From Eledone cirrhosa (lineage: Eukaryota), in assembly GCA_964016885.1 (NCBI GenBank), contig OZ024756.1, positions 41,540,001-41,604,000 on the forward strand: DNA of 64,000 nucleotides, read 5' to 3'. The notes under the pieces are model-generated. The model saw only the letters and a program-made list of their open reading frames with translations, had not been told where the DNA came from and did no database searches. Shown one piece after another: positions 54,851 through 64,000 of the stretch (its first letter is position 1; every line of letters begins with the position of its first letter). Made by a program: the position numbers and the translations under genes.

Positions 54851-55479
54851 GGGTTCTTTTATAAGTCTCCTGTAGGCTGAGACTTGGCAGAGCCATTGGA
54901 TAGAATGTCTTGTTCTGGCCTTCTGAACTCTTGAGTTCAAAACCTATGGAGGGTTAGCTGTCCTTTTCACCTTTATTTGGTGGGAGTGTGGTATTTATAA
55001 TGTATCAATTTAATACTAGGATTGATTCTTCTCTCTCTCTCTGTTTTTAAGGACCCAACAAGCTATATAGGGATTCAAGGGTTTCTAAATCCCATTACTA
55101 AATATCACTATACTACATCAGGCCATTCACCAAAATGTTTCGTCAGCCACTCCTTCCACACACCATTTACAGTCTCATATGGTTTTATAGTTTACACAGT
55201 GTCTGTGTATGTGGGGGCGAGGGGGAAGACATTCCGTTTACCTGGGAAAATAGCTTCTCACCCCACCTCACCTCTCATTACAGTGAATGCCACCACCAAA
55301 CTATACCTTGACTTTATAATCTTTGTTCTCTTATGTGCTGCATTCCACACACATACATACACATAGTTACAGACACATACACATAGTTACAGACACATAC
55401 ACAGTTACAGACATATACACACCCAGACAAACATGTAGACACATGCATACAAACAAACACGCATCTAAAAACAGACAAA

Positions 55480-55516
<37 letters not shown>

Positions 55517-55931
55517 CAGATCCTGCCATACACTTACACAGACAGAAATGCACACACATATACATACATACATACATACACATATATATATATATACATA
55601 CAGACCCTGCCATACCCACAGACAGAAACACATATATATATATAGACACTTACACTCACAGATCCACACACACAACAAAAGTACAATGCTATATTGGAAC
55701 AACAAATATGAACTGAAGAACCCCCCCGCCGCCCCACCACCACCACCAAAAAAACTTTTCTTTTTCTTAAAAAATGAAGGGAAAAGGAAATAGTTTACTT
55801 TTTTCTCTATTTCCCCTTTTTTCCCTCCTCACCAAAATTTCTAATAATTGAAGAAGACAAAATATTACATTCAACATTTTTTTACTTTTAAAATTCCGTT
55901 CTGAAGTTATACAAAGAAAGAGGATAAATAA

Positions 55932-56122
55932 ATGTTTCTACCTTTGGCACAAGGCCAGCAATTACCCAGTGTATTACTGGTACTTTATTCTATCGACCCC
56001 GTAAGGATGAAAGGCAAAGTTAACCTCGGCGGGATTTGAACTCAGACCATAAAGGGCCGTAACTCTGCTGGAAAGCATGGCGTCCGACCCTCTACCGATA
56101 CTGCCAATCCCCCCCCCCCTCT
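55932..56122 (-). mobile_element. Full-length SINE family A
   Basis: Reverse complement of family A; TSD AGAGGATAAATAA at 55919-55931 and 56123-56135. Confidence 0.87.
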
Positions 56123-57282
56123 AGAGGATAAATAATGTTTGATGGGGATGGTGGTGTGAAGCGAGACAGTACAAGACTCACCCCTGGACAGGATGCTAAT
56201 CCATCACAGTGTTATGTAGAGTATATGTATAATATTAAGTCTAAAGTATGTCTCATGACTGACTGGAGGCTCATCAGGTTGATACTTATCCAAGTTTCTG
56301 TGATGTGAAGCGTGACAGTACAAGACTCACTCCTGGACAGGACACCAGTCCACCACAGGATTAAACCCCTACCCAGCTACTGTTACTGTTACTCATTTTC
56401 AGCTGGTGGTTGCATAGTTGGCCTTAATGGTAGCGCCACACCTGGGTCTATTTTATCAGAGCTGTCCTCAATTAAACAACAACAAATCCTTTAACAGTTT
56501 ATCATAGTGAATAAAGTGAGTGCCAGTTCTCACCTGTCACTCACCTTTTGTTCACTTCTTACCTGTAATCTACAAACCATACCTACATAAAAATGGGGTT
56601 ATTTTTAGTGCTATGTTTCTTTCTAATCAGTTGTTGTTGTACCTGTGTAGAAGGAAGGTGTGACAACAACAATGGATGTCTGCTACTGTTTGTCTTGGAA
56701 CTCATAGTTGTTACTATGACAACAGGAGGGGGGGGGTAGACAGAGATAGGGAGAGAAAAAGAGAGATGAAAGATAGAGAGAGAAAAAGAGAGATGAAAGA
56801 TAGAGGAGAGAAAAAGAGAGATGAAAGATAGGGGAGAGAGAGAGATGAGAGATAGGGGAGAGAGAGAGATGAGAGATAGGGGAGAGAGAGAGATGAGAGA
56901 TAGGGGAGAGAAAAAGAGAGATGAAAGATAGAGGAGAGAGAGAGTGAGATGAGAAAGACCAGAGTGAGGAAATGAAGAATAAGAAAGAAACTAAAAATAA
57001 AATAAACAGTAAAATTATGTCAAAATGACCAGAAAATTACATCAGCTTCTCTTTCTCTCTCTCTCTCTTCTCTCTCTCTTTCTCTCTTTGTTTTTTCTAT
57101 ATTTTATAAAATGACTAAGTTTCAACTAATGTTGTGTGGTTTAACAACTTTTAAAGTAGATCTTGTTGTTGTTGTTGTAATCTGAAATTATATTTATTAT
57201 ATGTTTAAAAAGAGAATTTAATTGAATATGTTCTCAAACATTTATGGGAAATGTATGAGCTTGTTTTTGATGTGTGGGTAAT

Positions 57283-57315
<33 letters not shown>

Positions 57316-57375
57316 CGCACACACACACACACATATATATATATATACGCACACACACATATATATATATATACG

Positions 57376-57425
<50 letters not shown>

Positions 57426-57505
57426 TATATATATATATGCACACACATACATATATATATATATACGCACACACACACACACATATATATAAATATATAT
57501 ATACG

Positions 57506-57551
<46 letters not shown>

Positions 57552-57590
57552 TATATACACACAAGTATATAAATTATATATATATATATA

Positions 57591-58963
57591 ATAGCGCAAC
57601 TAATCAGAGAGAGAATTGACCTAGATGAAATGCAGTTCGGGTTTGTGTCAGGCAAAAGTACCACAGCCGCTCTTTTCCTTGTACGTCAACTACAGGAGAA
57701 GTACCTAGCTAAAGGTAAACCCCTCTACTTAGCTTTTGTCGACTTGGAGAAAGCCTTCGACAGAGTCCCCCGTTCCATTATCTAGTGGGCCCTTAGAAAA
57801 CTAGGTGTCGACGAATGGCTTGTGAGAGCTATACAAGCCATGTATAAAGAAACAGTCAGCAAGGTTAGAATTAACAACGAATATAGTGAAGAGTTTAGCG
57901 TAAAAGTTGGCGTCCATCAGGGCTCTGTTCTCAGCCCCCTACTATTTATTATTGCCCTTCAAACTATAACAGAGGAGTTCAAGACCGGCTGCCCATGGGA
58001 ACTCCTATACGCAGACGACCTGACACTCATAGCTGAATCAATGGCCGAGCTAGAGAAGAAATTCCAAACATGGAAGCACGGCCTAGAATCAAAAGGCCTT
58101 AAAATTAACCTGGCTAAGACTAAAGTTCTAGTTTGTAGGAAAGAAAATAAGGCGGCGGTCCCTTCCGGGAAATGGCCATGCTCAGTGTGTAGGAAAGGCG
58201 TAGGCAGAAACTCCATTTTATGTCCCAAATGCAAAGTATGGGTGCATAAAAGATGTAGTGGGATCACAGGTAAGCTAACTAAGAACTTAGATTTTACATG
58301 TGGGCGGTGCTCCGGTGCAATAAGTAGCAGCGAGTGCCCACAAAATACTAACTCTTTCAATTGCACAGAGGGCTCTATAGAAATAGTGGACAGCTTCCGT
58401 TACCTGGGTGACAAAATCAGCAGTGGGGAGGGTGCTCCGAAAGTACAGTAGCTAGAGTCAGAACTGGATGGAAAAAGTTCAGAGAGCTTATACCACTATT
58501 AGCCGCTAAAGGGTTCTCCCTAAAAATGAAAGGCAGGTTGTATGATGCCTGCATACGAACAGCAATGTTGCATGGCAGTGAGACCTGGGCATTGTGAGCA
58601 GAGGATATACGCAGACTAGAGAGGAACGAAGCTTGCATGCTCCGCTGGATGTGTAATAGTAATATACGTGAACGGCAAAGCATAAACGAACTAAGGAAAA
58701 AATTAGAAATAAGAGGGATCAGATGTTGTTTACTCGAGAGAAGGCTACGTTGGTACGGACACGTGATGCGCATGAAAGTCGATAGCTGTATAACAAAGTG
58801 CAGGGCAATAAAGATAGACGGGAGCCACGGAATAGGCAGACCTAGAAAATCCTGGGACGAGCTGATAAACTCCGACCTCACACACTTACACCTCTCCAAG
58901 ACAATGTCACTGGACCGAGACCTTTGGCGGTACTCAGTAATAGAGAAGACCCGCCTTACCTAA
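57591..58963 (+). pseudogene. Reverse transcriptase ORF remnant of the LINE
   Basis: In-frame stops TAG 57783-57785 and TGA 58595-58597; 1-nt frameshift in the G run near 58425-58428 (restoring it gives SGGGCSESTVARVRTGWKKF); endonuclease domain absent. Confidence 0.9.
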
Positions 58964-59340
58964 ATACATAGTAAAACCTACTACAGCCAGTAAGCATCTC
59001 TAACAACCCCGTCCCACCACCCCCATCCACACCACCCCCTCCTATGTAAAGTTATGTTGGTGCCACAACATCCAGGCCGAAACAAATGAGATCGTGTAGC
59101 TGTCACGACAAAAAAAACACACAGTCCACGCTGTAATGTGGCCGTGTAGGCAACACGGTAAAAACCTCCCAGCCCCACACTGTAAATGTGGTTGGTGTTA
59201 GGAAGGGCATCCAACTGTAGAAAACCTGCCAGACAGTCCTATGCGAGCAAGACAATCACTCTTGCCTCAAGTGGGACTACCCCCGTCCAAACCCATGCAA
59301 GCGTGGAACACGGACGTTAAACGTTGATGATGATGATGAT
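57591..59340 (+). mobile_element. 5'-truncated RTE-clade non-LTR retrotransposon (LINE), disabled
   Basis: RT motifs QFGF, FVDLEKAFDRV, GVHQGSVLSPLLF, YADD, FRYLG, then an RTE-type C-terminus (HGSETW, RRLRWYGHV, GRPRKSW). 3' UTR ends in a (GAT)n tail at about 59326-59340. TA-rich flanks. Confidence 0.92.
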
Positions 59341-59404
59341 ATATATTATACGTTGATTTTTTTTACATAGATATTCTCAACATCAACAGCAACAGCAACA
59401 CCAC

Positions 59405-62088
59405 CAGTGGTAGTGGTGGTGGTGGTGGTGGTGGTGGTGGTGTTGGTGGTGGTGGTGTTGTTGGCTGTGGTAGTGGTGGTGGTGTTGTTGGCTGTGGTAG
59501 TGGTGGTGTTGTTGGCTGTGGTAGTGGTGGTGGTGTTGTTGGCTGTGGTAGTGGTGGTAGTGGTGGTGGTGTTGGCTGTGGTAGTGGTGGTAGTGGTGTT
59601 GGCTGTGGTAGAAGTGGTAGTGGTGGTGGTGGTGTTGGCTGTGGTAGTGGTGGTGGTGTTGGCTGTGGTAGTGGTGGTGGTGGTGGTGGTGTTGGCTGTG
59701 GTAGTGGTGGTGGCTGTGGTAGAAGTGGTAGTGGTGGTGGTGGTGGTGTTGGCTGTGGTAGTGGTGGTAGTGGTGTTGGCTGTGGTAGAGGTGGTGGTGG
59801 TAGTGGTGGTGGTGGTAGTGGTGGTGGTGTTGTTGGCTGTGGTAGTGGTGGTGGTGTTGTTGGCTGTGGTAGTGGTGGTGGTGGTGGTGGTGTTGGCTGT
59901 GGTAGTGGTGGTAGTGGTGTTGGCTGTGGTAGAAGTGGTAGTGGTGGTGGTGGTGGTGTTGGCTGTGGTAGTGGTGGTAGTGGTGTTGGCTGTGGTAGAG
60001 GTGGTGGTGGTAGTGGTGGTGGTGGTAGTGGTGGTGGTGTTGTTGGCTGTGGTAGTGGTGGTGGTGTTGTTGGCTGTGGTAGTGGTGGTAGTGGTGGTGG
60101 TGTTGTTGGCTGTGGTAGTGGTGTTGGCTGTGGTAGAAGTGGTAGTGGTGGTGGTGGTGGTGTTGGCTGTGGTAGTGGTGGTAGTGGTGTTGGCTGTGGT
60201 AGAGGTGGTGGTGGTAGTGGTGGTGGTGGTAGTGGTGGTGGTGTTGTTGGCTGTGGTAGTGGTGGTGGTGTTGTTGGCTGTGGTAGTGGTGGTGGTGGTG
60301 GTGGTGTTGGCTGTGGTAGTGGTGGTAGTGGTGTTGGCTGTGGTAGAAGTGGTAGTGGTGGTGGTGGTGGTGTTGGCTGTGGTAGTGGTGGTAGTGGTGT
60401 TGGCTGTGGTAGAGGTGGTGGTGGTAGTGGTGGTGGTGGTAGTGGTGGTGGTGTTGTTGGCTGTGGTAGTGGTGGTGGTGTTGTTGGCTGTGGTAGTGGT
60501 GGTAGTGGTGGTGGTGTTGTTGGCTGTGGTAGTGGTGTTGGCTGTGGTAGAAGTGGTAGTGGTGGTGGTGGTGGTGTTGGCTGTGGTAGTGGTGGTAGTG
60601 GTGTTGGCTGTGGTAGAGGTGGTGGTGGTGTTGGTTGTGGTAGTGGTGGTGGTGGTGGTGGTGTTGGCTGTGGTAGTGGTGTTGGCTGTGGTAGAGGTGG
60701 TGGTGGTGTTGGCTGTGGTAGAGGTGGTGGTGGTGTTGGCTGTGGTAGTGGTGGTGTTGGCTGTGGTAGTGGTGGTAGTGGTGTTGGCTGTGGTAGAGGT
60801 GGTGGTGGTGTTGGCTGTGGTAGTGGTGGTAGTGGTGTTGGCTGTGGTAGTGGTGGTGGTGGTGTTGGCTGTGGTAGAGGTGGTGGTGGTGTTGGCTGTG
60901 GTAGTGGTGGTGTTGGCTGTGGTAGTGGTGGTAGTGGTGTTGGCTGTGGTAGAGGTGGTGGTGGTGTTGGCTGTGGTAGTGGTGGTGGTGTTGGCTGTGG
61001 TAGTGGTGGTGGTGGTGGTGGTGTTGGCTGTGGTAGTGGTGGTGGTGTTGGCTGTGGTAGTGGTGGTGGTGTTGGCTGTGGTAGTGGTGGTGGTGGTGGT
61101 GGTGTTGGCTGTGGTAGTGGTGGTGTTGGCTGTGGTAGTGGTGGTGGTGTTGGCTGTGGTAGTGGTGGTGGTGTTGGCTGTGGTAGTGGTGGTGGTGGTG
61201 TTGGCTGTGGTAGTGGTGGTGGTGTTGGCTGTGGTAGTGGTGGTGGTGTTGGCTGTGGTAGTGGTGGTGGTGTTGGCTGTGGTAGTGGTGGTGGTGGTGG
61301 TGGTGTTGGCTGTGGTAGTAGTGGTGGTGTTGGCTGTGGTAGTGGTGGTGGTGTTGGCTGTGGTAGTGGTGGTGGTGGTGGTGGTGTTGGCTGTGGTAGT
61401 GGTGGTGGTGGTGTTGGCTGTGGTAGTGGTGGTGGTGTTGGCTGTGGTAGTGGTGGTGGTGTTGGCTGTGGTAGTGGTGGTGGTGGTGTTGGCTGTGGTA
61501 GTGGTAGTGGTGGCTGTGGTAGTGGTGGTGGTGGTGTTGGCTGTGGTAGTGGTGGTGGTGGTGTTGGCTGTGGTAGTGGTGGTGGTGGTGGTGGTAGTGG
61601 TGGTGGTGGTGTTGGCTGTGGTAGAGGTGGTGCTGGTGGTAGTGGTGGTGGTGGTGTTGGCTGTGGTAGTGGTGGTGGTGGTGGTAGTGGTGGTGGTGTT
61701 GGCTGTGGTAGAGGTGGTGGTGTTGGCTGTGGTAGTGGTGGTGGTGGTGGTGTTGGCTGTGGTAGTGGTGGTGGTGGTGTTGGCTGTAGTAGTGGTGGTG
61801 GTGGTGTTGGCTGTGGTAGTGGTGGTGGTGGTGTTGGCTGTGGTAGTGGTAGTGGTGGCTGTGGTAGTGGTGGTGGTGGTGTTGGCTGTGGTAGTGGTGG
61901 TGGTGTTGGCTGTGGTAGTGGTGGTGGTGTTGGCTGTGGCAGTGGTGGTGGTGGTGTTGGCTGTGGTAGTGGTAGTGGTGGCTGTGGTAGTGGTGGTGGT
62001 GGTGTTGGCTGTGGTAGTGGTGGTGGTGGTGTTGGCTGTGGTAGTGGTGGTGGTGGTGGTAGTGGTGGTGGTGGTGTTGGCTGTGGTA
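59405..62088. repeat. 2.7-kb (GGT)n-derived array punctuated by GTTGGCTGTGGTA
   Basis: Pure triplet mosaic with a 414-bp higher-order period in its left half. Confidence 0.96.
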
Positions 62089-62330
62089 CCAATGCAACCA
62101 TTGTTTCTAAAAGTACCAAATATAGTTTCCTAGATGGGAAGTATTCTGGGTAAGTGGGGTGAGTGACTCATGAACTGGGTGGATGAGTCACTCATGTAGA
62201 CTGTGTCAGATCATCATCACAACGATGATGATGATGATGATAATTAAAAAGAGGAGAGGAAGGGGTTGAATGCCATGCTGGAAGGGCACAGACAGTAAGA
62301 TGAAGTTTGAAGGAAGGGGGGGAGAATAAA

Positions 62331-62369
<39 letters not shown>

Positions 62370-62461
62370 TATATGTGTGTCTGTATGTGTATGTATATAT
62401 ATATATATGTGTGTGTATATGTATATATATATGTGTGTATATGTATATATATAAGTGTGTG

Positions 62462-62534
<73 letters not shown>

Positions 62535-63427
62535 TTGTGTATATATATATATATATGTGTGTGTTTGTCTGCATGTATATATATATATATATATACACAC
62601 ACACAACATGCCAGCAGCTGAATGAGTGTGAACAGGAAAAGAGAAGGTTATGTGATAAACGTGAGAGGGGTGGGAGGAGGGTTATATAGGTGAGTCATGT
62701 GACCTATTCTGTTCTCAAACCCTATCACCCCCACCCCACCCAACACCACTACCCCCACCCCACCCCACCTTATTTTTCAATAAATATACAAATAAATATG
62801 GTAAAATGGAAGAATAACTTCATGAAGAATTCCAATGAACCAGCTTGAGAGGAAGAGAGGGAGAGAGAGGGAGAAAGAGGTAGAGAAGGAGAGAGAGGAG
62901 GGAGTGGACACAGCAGTGTATGTGTCTGTATGTAGTATGTTATTAATATAACACTGGACAAACACCTTGTGTAATGTGTGATGGCTTCTTGAGGTTTCTG
63001 GTTTCAAATTCTGACCATTTTTGGCATGGTTTCCATGGCTACATGCTCTTCCTATCACATAGTACACTTTACAGAGTGTACTAGGTGCATGTATTATGTA
63101 GATCACCAAAACTAGGGAGGTTATGATGATGAGGACAATGTTATTTTAAGACTTAATTAATACTAAATCTCACAATTAAAATCATCACCTTCATAAACAC
63201 TATATCCATTTTCCCATGCTACTTTCCTACCCTTCTTTACGCCCCCCCCCCTTGTTTTTTCATTATTTAACTTTGTTTTTATCTTTTTTTTAATATTTCC
63301 ATCATTGTATAACTTCTGTTTGTAAAATATAGTTGACATAATTCAATAAAGGAAGACAGTTTAGGACTAAAAGAAACTAGGAACCAGTTTAAATACGATT
63401 AAGCTGCACTGTTTTATATAAAATTGG

Positions 63428-63970
63428 TTGATCTACTATTGAGCCAGTTACAACAGATGTCAGCAACAGTTAGTCAAGATTAGTTGATTTACTATTGAGC
63501 TAGTTACAACTGATGTCACCAAAGCTTAGTCAAGATTAGTTGATCTACTATTGAGCCAGTTACAACAGATGTCAGCAACAGTTAGTCAAGATTAGTTGAT
63601 CTACTATTGAGCCAGTTACAACAGATGTCAGCAACAGTTAGTCAAGATTAGTTGATCTACTATTGAGCCAGTTACAACAGATGTCAGCAACAGTTAGTCA
63701 AGATTAGTTGATCTACTATTGAGCCAGTTACAACAGATTTCAGCAACAGTTAGTCAAGATTAGTTGATCTACTATTGAGCCAGTTACAACAGATGTCAGC
63801 AACAGTTAGTCAAGATTAGTTGATTTACTGTTGAGCTAGTTACAACAGATGTCAGCAACAGTTAGTCAAGATTAGTTGATTTACTGTTGAGCCAGTTACA
63901 ACAGATGTCAGCAACAGTTAGTCAAGATTAGTTGATTTACTGTTGAGCTAGTTACAACTGATGTCACCAA
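63428..63970. repeat. 56-bp minisatellite, about 10 copies
   Basis: TTGATCTACTATTGAGCCAGTTACAACAGATGTCAGCAACAGTTAGTCAAGATTAG. Confidence 0.96.
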
Positions 63971-64000
63971 CATTTAAAAGACAAAGGTAGTCATTAGTAA

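Noticed and set aside
59363-62133. Three overlapping ORFs of about 900 aa (poly-Pro, poly-His, poly-Val)
   Set aside because: Stop-free triplet repeat, no unique domain or splice support; probably intronic.
63187-63310. Candidate missing NUAK exon ending ...SVYE-G|gt
   Set aside because: Upstream translation (VKKGRKVAWENGY) lacks the VAIK, RREI and HPHI motifs.

Overview
Eukaryotic (animal) genomic DNA, AT-rich and saturated with microsatellites ((TA)n, (CA)n, (GA)n, trinucleotide tracts) and minisatellites. The SINE/LINE repertoire suggests an octopod cephalopod (inference). The only supportable host gene is a NUAK-family (AMPK-related) kinase on the minus strand: five coding exons at 41952-38306, with the N-terminal kinase exons not found in the window. 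The rest is repeats: a 5'-truncated, disabled RTE-type LINE with a PHD-like finger inside its RT (57591-59340), two tRNA-derived SINE families, Tc1/mariner and piggyBac-type MITEs, and many tandem arrays. Nearly all long ORFs in the track are simple-repeat artefacts. The most interesting signal is a set of short islands between (TA)n tracts that carry minimal type I hammerhead ribozyme motifs. One has an intact core (2317-2382) and several are one or two changes from intact; many are arranged as fold-back palindromes. This is consistent with several families of (TA)n-associated Penelope-like pLTR or retrozyme-like elements. Separately, several perfect inverted duplications are centred on (TA)n tracts.
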